This document shows positions 40,722 to 51,719 of a stretch of DNA of 64,000 nt, piece after piece; the first letter of the stretch is position 1, and every line of letters starts with the position of its first letter. The stretch covers positions 233-64,232 of the forward strand of contig DMBU01000108.1 in the NCBI GenBank assembly GCA_003446015.1, written 5' to 3'. Position numbers and translations under genes: made by a program. Below the pieces are notes generated by a model. The model was given only the letters and a program-made list of their open reading frames with translations. It made no database searches and was not told the DNA's origin. Source of the DNA: Bacteroidales bacterium. GTDB lineage: Bacteria; Bacteroidota; Bacteroidia; Bacteroidales; UBA12077.

Positions 40722-42170
40722 TTATCCTACACTTCCTTCCAAACTAATTTGAAGAAGTTTCTGTGCTTCAACAGCAAATTCCATAGGTAATTTATTTAAA
40801 ACTTCTTTAGCATAACCATTTACTATTAGGCCAATTGCATCTTCCGTTTTAATACCACGTTGATTACAATAAAATATTTGATCTTCACCAATTTTTGAAG
40901 TTGTCGCTTCGTGCTCTACAATTGAATCCTTATTATCTACCTCAATATACGGATAAGTATGTGCACCGCACTTATCTCCTAACAACAAACTGTCGCATTG
41001 AGAAAAATTACGTGCATTTGTAGCGTTTTTAACTACCTTAACTAATCCACGGTAACTATTATTACTAAATCCTGCAGAAATACCCTTTGATACAATTATG
41101 CTTTTTGTGTTTTTACCAATATGAATCATTTTTGTTCCGGTATCGGCCTGTTGATGGTTATTGGTCACTGCAACAGAATAAAATTCTCCTATGGAATTAT
41201 TTCCTAGTAATATACAACTTGGGTATTTCCAGGTAATTGCAGAACCCGTTTCAACTTGTGTCCATGAAATTTTAGAGTTTTCACCTGCACATTTGCCTCG
41301 TTTAGTTACAAAATTATAAATTCCTCCCTTTCCATTTTTATCACCTGGATACCAATTTTGTACTGTTGAATATTTTACTTCGGCATTTCTGTTTGCAACA
41401 ATTTCAACTATTGCAGCATGTAGTTGGTTTTCATCTCTACGAGGAGCAGTACAACCTTCCAAATAACTTACATATGAATCATCTTCGGCAACAATTAATG
41501 TTCTTTCAAACTGACCTGTATTTGCTGCATTGATCCTAAAATAAGTTGATAATTCCATAGGACATCGAACACTTTTAGGAATAAAACAAAATGAGCCATC
41601 ACTAAATACAGCTGAATTTAATGACGCAAAATAATTGTCGGTATAAGGAACCACTGATCCCATATATTTCTTAACCAAATCAGGATGCTCCTGAACAGCT
41701 TCGCTAAACGAACAAAAAATAATTCCTAACTCGGCTAGATTTTCTTTAAATGTTGTTTTTACCGAAACGCTGTCCATTACGGCATCTACAGCAACACCCG
41801 ACAAATGTTTCTGTTCATCTAATGGTATTCCAAGCTTATCAAAAGTTGCTCTTAATTCAGGATCCACGTCATCCAAACTATCAAGCAAAACCTTTTGCTT
41901 TGGAGCTGAATAATAAATAATATCCTGATAATTAATTTTAGGTACAATCAAATGAGCCCATTGTGGCATTTTCATTGTTTGCCAATGACGAAATGCTTTA
42001 AGTCTGAACTCCAACATAAATTCCGGCTCATTCTTTTTCTGAGAAATCAACCTCACAACATCCTCGTTTAAACCCTTTGGAATAGATTCACTCTCAATAT
42101 CCGATACAAATCCGTACTTATATTCTCCTTGTGTAACTTCGTTTAATATTTTATCTTGATCTTTTTCCAT
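40722..42170 (-). CDS. sufB: Fe-S cluster assembly scaffold SufB
   Basis: 482 aa. Highly conserved SufB sequence ([22 protein letters not shown]). Confidence 0.97.
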   Translation of the reverse strand: MEKDQDKILNEVTQGEYKYGFVSDIESESIPKGLNEDVVRLISQKKNEPEFMLEFRLKAFRHWQTMKMPQWAHLIVPKINYQDIIYYSAPKQKVLLDSLDDVDPELRATFDKLGIPLDEQKHLSGVAVDAVMDSVSVKTTFKENLAELGIIFCSFSEAVQEHPDLVKKYMGSVVPYTDNYFASLNSAVFSDGSFCFIPKSVRCPMELSTYFRINAANTGQFERTLIVAEDDSYVSYLEGCTAPRRDENQLHAAIVEIVANRNAEVKYSTVQNWYPGDKNGKGGIYNFVTKRGKCAGENSKISWTQVETGSAITWKYPSCILLGNNSIGEFYSVAVTNNHQQADTGTKMIHIGKNTKSIIVSKGISAGFSNNSYRGLVKVVKNATNARNFSQCDSLLLGDKCGAHTYPYIEVDNKDSIVEHEATTSKIGEDQIFYCNQRGIKTEDAIGLIVNGYAKEVLNKLPMEFAVEAQKLLQISLEGSVG

Positions 42171-42312
42171 AACTTTGCAAAATCTATGTAAAATTAAGCA
42201 CTACGTTTAAATAGATTAAATCTAAATTAGGTGCAAATATATTTAAAATATAACAAGAAATAAAGCCTGATTGTTTAATCTTTTTTTTTAATGATATATA
42301 TCAATTTTTAAT

Positions 42313-43359
42313 ATGAGTACAAATAAACAAAAAACCACAGACATATCTGAACTAGGAGAATTCGGACTAATTAATCGCATCACAAAAGATATAAGAATTA
42401 ATCATAAAAATACCTTAAAAGGAGTTGGAGACGATGCTGCTGTTATAGATTATGGTAACACTTGCGCTCTTGTTACAACAGATCTTTTAGTTGAAGGAAT
42501 TCATTTTAATTTAATTTATACTCCACTAAAACATTTGGGATATAAAGCTGTTGTTGTTAATTTATCGGATGTTTATGCGATGAATGCTACGCCAAAACAA
42601 ATCACAGTTTCAATTGCAATTTCGGCAAAATTCACAGTTGAACATATTGAAGAACTTTATGAAGGAATTTATTTGGCCTGTGAGCATTATAAGGTTGATT
42701 TGATTGGTGGCGACACATCTTCATCATTAACGGGATTGGCAATAAGTATAACCGCTATTGGTGAAGCAAAGAAGGAGAATATTACATACAGAAGTACTGC
42801 AAAGAAAAATGACATTCTTTGTGTAACAGGGAACTTAGGGGCAGCATATATGGGATTACAATTATTAGAGAGAGAAAAAGAGATTTTCAAAACAAATCCA
42901 ACTTCTCGGCCAAGTTTGGAAGGGTACGATTACATACTTCAACGTCAACTAAAACCTGAAGCCAGAAAAGATATGATGGAATTATTTAAAGAAATCAATA
43001 TTAAACCTACATCGATGATTGATATTTCGGATGGATTATCGTCGGAGATCATGCATATCTGCAAGGATTCGAATGTTGGATGTAAAATTTTTCAGGATAA
43101 GATCCCTATTGATGAAAACACAGCACAAATGGCTGATGAATTTAATATTGAACCTCTTATTGCTGCTTTAAATGGTGGTGAAGATTATGAGTTACTTTTC
43201 ACTATTGATATTAAAGATCTTGATAAAATTAAAGACCAGCCAATGATTCATGCCATTGGTCATATTGCTGACAAAGAACTCGGGACAGTTATGATCAGCA
43301 ACAGTGGACAAAGCATAGAATTAAAAGCCCAAGGCTGGAACCAGATGAATAAACAATAA
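42313..43359 (+). CDS. thiL: thiamine-monophosphate kinase
   Basis: 348 aa. GVGDDAAVI and GGDTSSS; AIR-synthase-like fold. Confidence 0.9.
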   Translation: MSTNKQKTTDISELGEFGLINRITKDIRINHKNTLKGVGDDAAVIDYGNTCALVTTDLLVEGIHFNLIYTPLKHLGYKAVVVNLSDVYAMNATPKQITVSIAISAKFTVEHIEELYEGIYLACEHYKVDLIGGDTSSSLTGLAISITAIGEAKKENITYRSTAKKNDILCVTGNLGAAYMGLQLLEREKEIFKTNPTSRPSLEGYDYILQRQLKPEARKDMMELFKEINIKPTSMIDISDGLSSEIMHICKDSNVGCKIFQDKIPIDENTAQMADEFNIEPLIAALNGGEDYELLFTIDIKDLDKIKDQPMIHAIGHIADKELGTVMISNSGQSIELKAQGWNQMNKQ

Positions 43360-43544
43360 GTTAAAGTGAGTACCCTCATTTAATATTATTTTAAACACTA
43401 TCGTATTTTATTCCTAATCTGATTACTGATTTTCTTCATTTACCTCACCCCATGGGAAGAAAAACAAATAACGCATAAATTAAATGGTATTAACTCATTT
43501 ATATTACAAAGAGGTTATTTAGGTAGAAAATCCGATACTTATAC

Positions 43545-44870
43545 TTATTTTATACTTGATACTGAATAAATAAAACCATCTGCACTTCCAAAATATATTA
43601 TGCCTTCTTGTACAATAGGAGAAGACAAAATAGCTCCATAATTTTCAAACATTTGTTCATAAAATTTTACATAATTTTCGAAATTACGTACATCCATTTT
43701 AGAACCTAATGCTTTGTATTCTTCTGCAACCAATTCTCCTTTTTCATTATAAACGCCTAAGGTGTCATTTAAAACACCATGGGTTTTAAATTCCCAAACA
43801 ATCTTTTGATTTTGTATATCTATCCCGTATAGTCGCCCATTTGCCGACCCAATATACGCCATTTGACTATCAATAGCAGGACTGGAAAAAGTGTATGAAT
43901 TGGTTTTTAACCTATAATCAATGTTACCTGAGTTTTTATCAATTGCATAAAAACTAAATCCATCTGAAGATCCACAGTAAAGTTTTTCTCCCACCGCAAA
44001 AGAAGATGGCATCCATGACTGTTCGAAATTTTTATTTGTCCATAAAGTATCACCAGAATTTATATCAAAACAATAAATATTTGCATCCCTTGAGCCAAGG
44101 TAAACCCGGTCTCCTTCAATCGCGGGTGAAGCCTGCACTCCCAACCAAACATAATATGTTGTGTCTTTACCTGTTTGATATGACCATAATTCGTGACCAG
44201 CATTAATGTCAAGACAATACATTTTACTATCGAAACTACCAAATAATATTTTATTGTCTTTAATTGCAGGCGATGAATGAACCGAACCTTCAGTTGCAAA
44301 ACTCCAAATCTCTTTTCCGGTATTTAAATCAACAGAATAAAACTTTTTTCCGCAACCAAATAAAATTGAATTATCACTAATTACCGGAGAAGACTGGTAA
44401 AAGTCCCAAAAATCCTTAACTAATCTATTAGGATCAAAGTAGTCCTTTATGACATGTCCGTTTTCTCCATCAGTCTTAAATTTCCATGCTAATTTTCCAT
44501 TCTTTTTATTTAGCTTATATAAGTATCCATCGTAACTTAAGAAGTAAGTGTATTTCTCCTTTATAATTGCAGTCGAATTAATTGATCCTCGGGTTTTAAA
44601 TCGCCAGTTTTCTTTTCCTGTTATTTTATTTAGCGAATAAAAAGCAGAATCAGTGCTTCCAACATACACACTTTTTTCATCGGATACTAATGAAGCATAA
44701 ATCCCACCATTTGTTTTAAATTTCCACAATTCTTTAGGTTCATTTAATACTGATGTTGAATTATAAAATCCTGTGTTACTATCATCATTTCTAAATTTGT
44801 CATTTTCATACTTATCACATGATACGAATAAAATAAAAATAAATCCTGCTACATAAATAATTGATCTCAT
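43545..44870 (-). CDS. PQQ-like (BamB-type) beta-propeller repeat lipoprotein
   Basis: Repeated 'G.ELW.F.T.G.I.SSPA' blades. Start moved to MRSIIYVAGFIFILFVSC, which gives a lipobox; the ORF track begins at 44897. Confidence 0.75.
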   Translation of the reverse strand: MRSIIYVAGFIFILFVSCDKYENDKFRNDDSNTGFYNSTSVLNEPKELWKFKTNGGIYASLVSDEKSVYVGSTDSAFYSLNKITGKENWRFKTRGSINSTAIIKEKYTYFLSYDGYLYKLNKKNGKLAWKFKTDGENGHVIKDYFDPNRLVKDFWDFYQSSPVISDNSILFGCGKKFYSVDLNTGKEIWSFATEGSVHSSPAIKDNKILFGSFDSKMYCLDINAGHELWSYQTGKDTTYYVWLGVQASPAIEGDRVYLGSRDANIYCFDINSGDTLWTNKNFEQSWMPSSFAVGEKLYCGSSDGFSFYAIDKNSGNIDYRLKTNSYTFSSPAIDSQMAYIGSANGRLYGIDIQNQKIVWEFKTHGVLNDTLGVYNEKGELVAEEYKALGSKMDVRNFENYVKFYEQMFENYGAILSSPIVQEGIIYFGSADGFIYSVSSIK

Positions 44871-44980
44871 TTTTTTGTCTGTTAAATTAAAAACCAAATC
44901 TAGGATAAAGTAAGTAAATTTAACCCTATCGTGACAGGGTATTTTATATTTTATTTATCTTAAACAAAACCCCTGTTATT

Positions 44981-46273
44981 ATGAAAAAATTCAATCCTTT
45001 CATTTTTGCACAATTATTTTTTCTTATCCCAATAATTACTCTTTCACAAAATGTTAATCAATCAGAAATTGAAATGCTTATAAATAAGTATCGACAAACC
45101 GAGGGCCCATATCAATCGAAAAAAATAATTAAAGATTTAAATCAATCAGGAGTTGATTATGATATTCTTTTAGTGAATATAAAGGATAATATTAATTATT
45201 CTTCCGATGTAAAAAAAGCTTATATAGAATGGAGGTATGCGATTGACTCTATTGAATACCTCACTATTCTTTTTGTGCCAAACAATTATTCTCCCGAGAA
45301 AAAATATCCCGTTTCTTTTATCTTACATGGTGCAGCAACAACATTTAATACTGAAGTAGTAAAACTTTATGTAAACAAAGATTCATATAATTGTGATACT
45401 TTAGATAGAATTGTTGTTTACCCGGGATGTTGGGTTATGTGTCCATGGTGGCGTGAGCGACAAACTAAAAATCTAGATTACTTACTTAATAAAATAAAAC
45501 AGAACTATAATGTAGATGAAAACAACATCCACTTATCAGGAATTTCTGATGGAGGAACCGGAATTATCTATCAGGCTAATTTAAATGTAACCCCCTGGGC
45601 AAGTTTTCGTTCATATATCAGTAATCCGGGAGCAATGAGCCGGTTAAGTGATAAAACTACGTTTATAAAAAACCTTGGAAATCGCCCTTTTTTATTTATC
45701 TCATCGGAAAAAGACGAATTATTTCCACCAAGTCTAATGGATTCTTTTCTTGAAAAGATGAAACAAGCAAATAATTCATATCAATATATTCTTGCTCCAG
45801 GATATAAACATGAAATATCGTGGATGCCACTATACAGAGATACAATTTTACATTTTTATCAAAATAATCCCAGAACTCCATATCCAACAACGCTTTTTTG
45901 GCAAACCGATAATCCGAAATATGGAAGAAACCACTGGGTAATTATTGACAAACTTTTATATAAGGATAAACAAAACCTTGAGAAATATCCTGTAATTAAA
46001 CCTGTAAATAAAGATATTGATTCTTTTTCTGCCATTATTGAAGTTAAAAGAACTGAAAATACAATTCATGTAAAAACAATCAATGTTAAGCAATATACAT
46101 TACTTCTTTCGTCTGAACAATTTAATTTTGAAAAAGAAATTCAGGTTTATACCAATGGGGCTCTTACATTCCAGGGTATTGTAACTAAAGATATTGAAAC
46201 CTTATTAAAATGGTATAAAAAGGATCTTGACCGGACAATGCTTTTTGGTGCTGAATTAACAATAAAAATGTAA
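44981..46273 (+). CDS. secreted alpha/beta-hydrolase-fold esterase/peptidase-like protein
   Basis: 430 aa. Signal peptide, LHGAATT, and nucleophile-elbow-like LSGISDGGTG. Confidence 0.55.
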   Translation: MKKFNPFIFAQLFFLIPIITLSQNVNQSEIEMLINKYRQTEGPYQSKKIIKDLNQSGVDYDILLVNIKDNINYSSDVKKAYIEWRYAIDSIEYLTILFVPNNYSPEKKYPVSFILHGAATTFNTEVVKLYVNKDSYNCDTLDRIVVYPGCWVMCPWWRERQTKNLDYLLNKIKQNYNVDENNIHLSGISDGGTGIIYQANLNVTPWASFRSYISNPGAMSRLSDKTTFIKNLGNRPFLFISSEKDELFPPSLMDSFLEKMKQANNSYQYILAPGYKHEISWMPLYRDTILHFYQNNPRTPYPTTLFWQTDNPKYGRNHWVIIDKLLYKDKQNLEKYPVIKPVNKDIDSFSAIIEVKRTENTIHVKTINVKQYTLLLSSEQFNFEKEIQVYTNGALTFQGIVTKDIETLLKWYKKDLDRTMLFGAELTIKM

Positions 46274-46280
46274 TTGTACC

Positions 46281-47528
46281 TTATTGGAATTTCTTTTTCA
46301 AAAACCAAATGTCTTGTAAAGAAAGATTTAGATTTATGGAATAAAAGTTTTCCTGAATCAGTCCTTTGTTTAAAGTTCCGTTTTTTCCTATTTCAAAAGC
46401 AATATTAACCATACTAAGGTTTCTTTTAACTGGAATTCCAAAGCCTAAAGTTAAAGCCATTGAATTAATTGATTGATTATCAATCGTAAGGTATGATCTA
46501 TTATAATAACCTCCTATACGATAATACCAGTTTTTTAAGAACACATCACCATATCTACCTTCAGGGGTAATTTCAAAGCCCACGGATAACTTGTGGCTGT
46601 TCTTTGTTTTTAAATTTGTATTAGTAAACTCTGCGTCAGACCATTCATTCATTAAATAATCTAGAGCAAGTGTATATTTTTCCTTTTTAGAAAATGAAAA
46701 ACCTAACCCGAATTTTCTGGGAATTAAATAATCATCTTCTAATTCAACGTCTTCATCCGAATATAATAAATTCCCATCATAATCATAAATACTTTTATCG
46801 TTTGAACTGTTCATTTGCTTTTTGTTTCCCCAAATGGCTCCTATAACCCAATTGTATTTTTGTGTAGGAAAAGAAACCTGAATACCATAGTCTAAATAAA
46901 GCCCATTCACATTTTTACCATTATGAATAGTATAATCAGTATAAGATCTACTTAAAGATATTTCCTCATCTTCTTCAATTAACCCAAATAAATAAGATAA
47001 ATTTACTCCAAAAGAGATGTTTTTTGATAAGCTAAAGGAGTTACCCAAGTAAATCTGATTAATCCCTCCAGATCCTGAATAAGTATCATCAAAAACAGTA
47101 TTGTCATTTTCCATATTACTTATGGTCGTAATTTCATATCCCACGCTACTAAATGGTGCTAGTCCAAAGCTAACACCCCACCATTCTTTAGCCCTGAATC
47201 CTAAAGAGAAATAACAAAGGTTGCCAACTACCTGATCTTGTGAACTGGCATCTGAAGAAAACATTGAATATTCACCCATAATTCCAATCTCGTAAATAAA
47301 AAACAAGCTGTCAATGGTATTATATGAAGCGGGGTTTATACTATTTAATCCTGTAACTGATTTTAATGCAATTCCCGTACCTCCCATAGCAGCATTCAAA
47401 CTGGAACCCTTTGGATTTATCTCTCCGATTCCAAATATGGAATATGGCGAGCTCGTGAGGTTTTGTGAGAAATTTAGTTTTGGTATAGACACAATTAAGA
47501 GTAAAATCAAAGTATGTTTTAGTTTCAT
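46281..47528 (-). CDS. outer-membrane beta-barrel protein of unknown function
   Basis: 415 aa. Signal peptide, N-terminal SSPYSIFGIGE motif, alternating beta-strand pattern, and a C-terminal aromatic-rich end. Confidence 0.55.
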   Translation of the reverse strand: MKLKHTLILLLIVSIPKLNFSQNLTSSPYSIFGIGEINPKGSSLNAAMGGTGIALKSVTGLNSINPASYNTIDSLFFIYEIGIMGEYSMFSSDASSQDQVVGNLCYFSLGFRAKEWWGVSFGLAPFSSVGYEITTISNMENDNTVFDDTYSGSGGINQIYLGNSFSLSKNISFGVNLSYLFGLIEEDEEISLSRSYTDYTIHNGKNVNGLYLDYGIQVSFPTQKYNWVIGAIWGNKKQMNSSNDKSIYDYDGNLLYSDEDVELEDDYLIPRKFGLGFSFSKKEKYTLALDYLMNEWSDAEFTNTNLKTKNSHKLSVGFEITPEGRYGDVFLKNWYYRIGGYYNRSYLTIDNQSINSMALTLGFGIPVKRNLSMVNIAFEIGKNGTLNKGLIQENFYSINLNLSLQDIWFLKKKFQ

Positions 47529-47547
47529 TTGATATCAAATTATAATT

Positions 47548-48873
47548 CTAGTTTTTTAAATACTTTATTTTTAAAACAGGTCTGTTTTTATAGTTACCAT
47601 TCCCGGATAAAATCATTCTATCAACAGTTGTGTTGAAGTCAGGAGAGTTCAATGTAATAAATAGTCCTGTACTATTGTCAAAGTAATCATCCTCTAATTC
47701 TTCTTTTATAAATTCTGTTATATCAAAAGAATAATAAGTCTCTGTCTTGTATAGTTCATCCATATTAAATTCAGCAACTTCTGCATTTCCACTTTCATCG
47801 ACATTTAAGGCTACATACTCATTATAAGCATTCGTTTTATAATAAATTAAATCGGGGAATCCTGTATCGTAACACTCTTGAGTTGGTTTTAAAATTAATT
47901 CAACCTTCAGAATTAATTCATTTTCATCAAATATTCGAGTATTAAAATATGGAAATCGAACTTTCGTGATTATCCCAGTTCCACCCTGTATATATGATTT
48001 ATTATCCGTTAAATCCGAACGGAGGTCTACCTTCTGAGTTAATAAATTACTTAATAGTGTATTTGTGCGGTCGCCAGATAATTGGTTGAATTGATATAAG
48101 GCACTAGTATGATTAAATTCGTTAACTATTTCCTCTACTTCATTTTCTATTCTACTTGTATATAATCTCATTTTAACATTTTCGCTATCAAAACCAATAA
48201 TTGAGTTGCATTGAAATTCATCTGAACTAATTGCTATTCCATGAAAATATTTTTCGAATTCCACTGTTGAGGAAACTTCAAGGGCGCTTGCTTTCAATTT
48301 ATTTGTAATATCTAATCCTAAATTATTGCTTAACCGGATCTCAACAATAGTGTCCCGATTGGGTCGGGGGTAAAATGAGTAACTTCCTATCGGAGTATCA
48401 AACTTATTTATATCAGATGTGTTATAATATTTATCTGAACTAGAGGGTAAAGAAAGGCTTTCACTTAATCGGTATATTAATATCTGCTGAATTGTATTAG
48501 TATCACCAAATGAATAGCTTGAATAAGGTAAAACTAATGTTAATGAATCATATTTATCATCATTTTCAATATCAAAAGTACTCGGAAGGCTAAAGGTTAA
48601 AAAACTCGTTGCTTTAATATCTCCTAATTCACTATCTTCATAATAACCAGAAAGTACAACTCCCAAATTTGAAGTTTGTATAGAGTCAATTAAAACAGTT
48701 GAAAGTTCTACATAAAATGTATCTACTTCAATAATATCTGTTGCCCGTTCAACAAATTCAGATCCTAATGTAAGTTCTTCATTTTCATTTGAGCATGAAG
48801 AAATCAAGCTTGTTAATAACATATTTAATAATAGAACCCAAACTGATCCTTTGACAAAGCCCCTATATATCAT
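47548..48873 (-). CDS. lipoprotein, DUF4270-like
   Basis: 441 aa. Lipobox LISSC followed by SNENEE. The pattern LGSEF...DSIQTSN...LSGYYEDSELGD recalls DUF4270 (from memory). Confidence 0.5.
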   Translation of the reverse strand: MIYRGFVKGSVWVLLLNMLLTSLISSCSNENEELTLGSEFVERATDIIEVDTFYVELSTVLIDSIQTSNLGVVLSGYYEDSELGDIKATSFLTFSLPSTFDIENDDKYDSLTLVLPYSSYSFGDTNTIQQILIYRLSESLSLPSSSDKYYNTSDINKFDTPIGSYSFYPRPNRDTIVEIRLSNNLGLDITNKLKASALEVSSTVEFEKYFHGIAISSDEFQCNSIIGFDSENVKMRLYTSRIENEVEEIVNEFNHTSALYQFNQLSGDRTNTLLSNLLTQKVDLRSDLTDNKSYIQGGTGIITKVRFPYFNTRIFDENELILKVELILKPTQECYDTGFPDLIYYKTNAYNEYVALNVDESGNAEVAEFNMDELYKTETYYSFDITEFIKEELEDDYFDNSTGLFITLNSPDFNTTVDRMILSGNGNYKNRPVLKIKYLKN

Positions 48874-49177
48874 AACTTTAACAATTATTTATTTGCAACG
48901 TAAAGAATGATAAATTAAGAAAGAGTTAAAAACATTATCGATTACAACAGTAATTTCATAGACTAATAATTCACGAGGTTTCTGTTAATACACCATTAAC
49001 GCCAATATAATTAACATTATCAGAATTTTTAGTTAAAAAACCTCCCGTTGTGTTTATTAATAATATCAACCATCCTTAAAATCCTGTTATTTATCGATGA
49101 AAAATTAAGCTCAATCTATAAAATTATATATGCAATATTTGACCGTTTATATTTGACCCAAATCTTAATTTAGAAAA

Positions 49178-50209
49178 ATGCTTATGAAAAAGTATAATGA
49201 TCTTATCAAAACAAATTTTAAAATTCTCCTTTTAGGATTCTTAACCTTTCTAATTTCATCCTGTGATGATGATGATGATGATGATGATACAATTGGAAAC
49301 TGGATTGAACTATCTGATTTTGATGGTATCCCCAGGTGCGATGCAACTGCGTTTACTATCAACGGGAAAGCTTATTTAGGCACAGGTTATGAAGAGGGGT
49401 CAACTCGCTTAAAAGATTTTTGGGAGTATAATCCCGATTTAAATTATTGGTCGCAGAAAGCAGACTTCCCGGGAGGAATAAGAAATGGGGCTGTTGGTTT
49501 TAGTATTAATGAGAAAGGTTATATTGGCACCGGTTATGATGGTGATAATAAGTTAAAAGATTTCTGGGAATATAATCCTTCGGATAATTCGTGGATTCAA
49601 ATCTCCGATTTTGGAGGAACAGCCAGGTATGGAGCTATTGCCTTCTCGATTGGCAATTGCGGATATGTGGGTACCGGCTATGATGAGAATTACCTTAAAG
49701 ATTTCTGGAAATACGATCAAACCACTGGAGAATGGTCCTTAATTTATGGCTATGGGGGCTCTAAAAGAAAAGATGCGGTAGCTTTTGTAATTGATAATAA
49801 GGCTTATATAAGCACTGGCCTAGACAATGGTGTTTATGAAGAAGATTTCTGGTCGTACGATCCAGAAGCAGATTTATGGACTGAATTAAGGGATATTGCA
49901 GATAATACCGACGAAAGCTTTGATGATGATTATACAATTTCGGGTATTGACCGTGTAGCTTTCACTGTTAATGGGAAAGGGTACATTGCTACCGGAGGTA
50001 CCGGAGGTGTTGGAGGTGCTGTATGGGAATACGATCCTATAACCGACTTGTGGGAACAAAAAACATATTTTGAAGGTTCCTCGCGGGTTAATGCGGTTGG
50101 TTTTGCAATTGGAAACAGAGGATACATAGCTACAGGCCAAAGTTCATCATATTATTTTGATGATTTATGGGGATTTGATCCTGACGCTGAATATGACGAG
50201 TATGATTAA
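49178..50209 (+). CDS. Kelch-type six-bladed beta-propeller lipoprotein with a poly-Asp linker
   Basis: 343 aa. Lipobox LISSC followed by D8. Six repeats of about 47 aa with DFWEYNP/DFWSYDP and GY(I/V)GTGY motifs. Confidence 0.8.
   Translation: MLMKKYNDLIKTNFKILLLGFLTFLISSCDDDDDDDDTIGNWIELSDFDGIPRCDATAFTINGKAYLGTGYEEGSTRLKDFWEYNPDLNYWSQKADFPGGIRNGAVGFSINEKGYIGTGYDGDNKLKDFWEYNPSDNSWIQISDFGGTARYGAIAFSIGNCGYVGTGYDENYLKDFWKYDQTTGEWSLIYGYGGSKRKDAVAFVIDNKAYISTGLDNGVYEEDFWSYDPEADLWTELRDIADNTDESFDDDYTISGIDRVAFTVNGKGYIATGGTGGVGGAVWEYDPITDLWEQKTYFEGSSRVNAVGFAIGNRGYIATGQSSSYYFDDLWGFDPDAEYDEYD
49265..49288 (+). repeat. perfect (GAT)8 trinucleotide repeat encoding Asp8
   Basis: Eight uninterrupted GAT codons directly after the lipobox Cys codon. 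Confidence 0.95.
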
Positions 50210-50534
50210 TAGCAGATCTTTTCTAATTACCTTGATACTTTTTGTTATTGTAATTGGGGTATCTGGAATTTTTTATTTAGGGTATAAACAATTACAATTA
50301 AATAAAATTAAATTAAAGGTATTCCGAACAGAAAATGGGTGGGCTTATGATATTATAAACAATAATGGAGTTTTTATTCATCAGCTCAACATCCCAGCAA
50401 TACAAAAGAAAGTTGCATTCACCAATAAAAATGATGCACAAAAAGTAGGAAATTTAGTTTTACAAAAATTAGAATCTGATAAATTCCCTATAATTTCAAA
50501 AGAAGAGTTGGATAGTTTAAAAATACAATATTAA
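50202..50534 (+). CDS. small membrane-anchored protein, DUF4907-like
   Basis: N-terminal TM helix, then FRTENGWAYDI...FIHQLNIPA. Its ATG overlaps the Kelch gene stop (ATGATTAA). An alternative ATG lies at 50193. Confidence 0.6.
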   Translation: MINSRSFLITLILFVIVIGVSGIFYLGYKQLQLNKIKLKVFRTENGWAYDIINNNGVFIHQLNIPAIQKKVAFTNKNDAQKVGNLVLQKLESDKFPIISKEELDSLKIQY

Positions 50535-50539
50535 ATAAG

Positions 50540-50572
50540 AAAGGGAGTGTCCTGACAACACTCCCTTTTTTG
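50540..50572. terminator. intrinsic terminator between convergent genes
   Basis: GGGAGTGT-cctgaca-ACACTCCC followed by TTTTTTG. Confidence 0.8.
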
Positions 50573-50574
50573 TT

Positions 50575-51030
50575 TTAATTTGCCACATTAATTAATTCAA
50601 CTTCGAATATTAACACAGAATTTGGAGGTATACCAGACCTTGCAGTGGAACCATATCCTAATCCAGAAGGTATAAAAAGAGTTCCCTTTCCTCCGGCCCT
50701 GAACAATTGCATACCTTCTTGCCATCCTTTTATATATACATATAAAGGATAGTCTTTTACAGTTCCTTCGTCAAAGACTTCTCCATTTAATAACATCCCT
50801 TTGTAATTAGCTCTAATAACAGAACTAAGGTTTGGATAATTACCAGTACCTTCTTCTTCAATTATGTAATACAATCCGGACGAGGTTGATTCAGCAACCA
50901 AGCTGCTATCTTGTAAATATGTTTCAATTAATTCAATATCTTTTTTCAGTTGTTCCGCCGCCGGATCGTCATCTTCACAGGCAATAAAAGCAAAAATGGC
51001 GATTATTATTAAAAATCCTAACTTTTTCAT
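50575..51030 (-). CDS. FKBP-type peptidyl-prolyl isomerase lipoprotein
   Basis: 151 aa. Lipobox FIAC followed by EDDD. YIKGWQEGMQL and LIFEVELI. Confidence 0.9.
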   Translation of the reverse strand: MKKLGFLIIIAIFAFIACEDDDPAAEQLKKDIELIETYLQDSSLVAESTSSGLYYIIEEEGTGNYPNLSSVIRANYKGMLLNGEVFDEGTVKDYPLYVYIKGWQEGMQLFRAGGKGTLFIPSGLGYGSTARSGIPPNSVLIFEVELINVAN

Positions 51031-51089
51031 TTATTTCTGATTTAATCCTTCACAAAGGATACAATGATAAACAATAAATTTATACTTTT

Positions 51090-51542
51090 CTATTTTGGTA
51101 ACAGCCCAAAAATTTTCCAAATTGTTTTATGAAATTTATGGATACTATTTACCGGATTAGCAAACATAAAAATACATTCCTTTTCAATTAAATCAATATT
51201 GTTTTCTTTAGCTATAGTTGCTGATTCTTTTGTGTTTGCTGTTTGTTGAATCCAAATGTGCTTAATCCCTTTTTTTGCTGCCTGTTTTAAAATTTCATCT
51301 GTCGATGATTTTGGAGTTACAATAAATAGTTTTTCGTATTCACCCGGGATGTCTGCAACGGATTTATAACATTTTATTCCTTTGAGTTCATCCAATTTAG
51401 GATTTATGGGACAAATGTCATATCCCTTTTGTTTTAATTCGTTAAATATTGCATAACCAAATTTCTTAGTATTCGCTGAAACACCAGCAATAGCCATTTT
51501 TTTTGGTGCTAAAAATTCCTCAATACTTTGTTTTTTGCTCAT
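51090..51542 (-). CDS. CoA-binding domain protein (YccU-like)
   Basis: 150 aa. MAIAGVSANTKKFGY...CPINPK. Confidence 0.8.
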   Translation of the reverse strand: MSKKQSIEEFLAPKKMAIAGVSANTKKFGYAIFNELKQKGYDICPINPKLDELKGIKCYKSVADIPGEYEKLFIVTPKSSTDEILKQAAKKGIKHIWIQQTANTKESATIAKENNIDLIEKECIFMFANPVNSIHKFHKTIWKIFGLLPK

Positions 51543-51594
51543 AATTTAATGTTTTAGAATTAATTTCTTTGAAAAATTCTCATAACAAATTTAA

Positions 51595-51624
51595 TTATAA
51601 AAACATGAGGTATAAAACCTCATG
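51595..51624 (-). terminator. intrinsic terminator after the ECF-sigma operon
   Basis: Minus strand reads CATGAGGT-tttat-ACCTCATG followed by TTTTTAT. Confidence 0.6.
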
Positions 51625-51719
51625 CTAATATTTCAACCAATAACAATTTTATTTTGTGTATTTATCCAGGATACGATCAGTAATTATTATCATTCCAACA
51701 ATTAGAAAGTAAATGAAAA

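Noticed and set aside
49165-49362. 65-aa minus-strand ORF containing a poly-Ser run
   Set aside because: It is the antisense reading of the (GAT)8 repeat and the signal-peptide region of the Kelch lipoprotein gene.
50157-50201. Upstream start of the DUF4907-like ORF overlapping the Kelch gene by 53 nt
   Set aside because: The first 15 codons are an out-of-frame read of the Kelch gene's 3' end. The ATGs at 50193 or 50202 precede the TM helix and give a typical 4-17 nt overlap.
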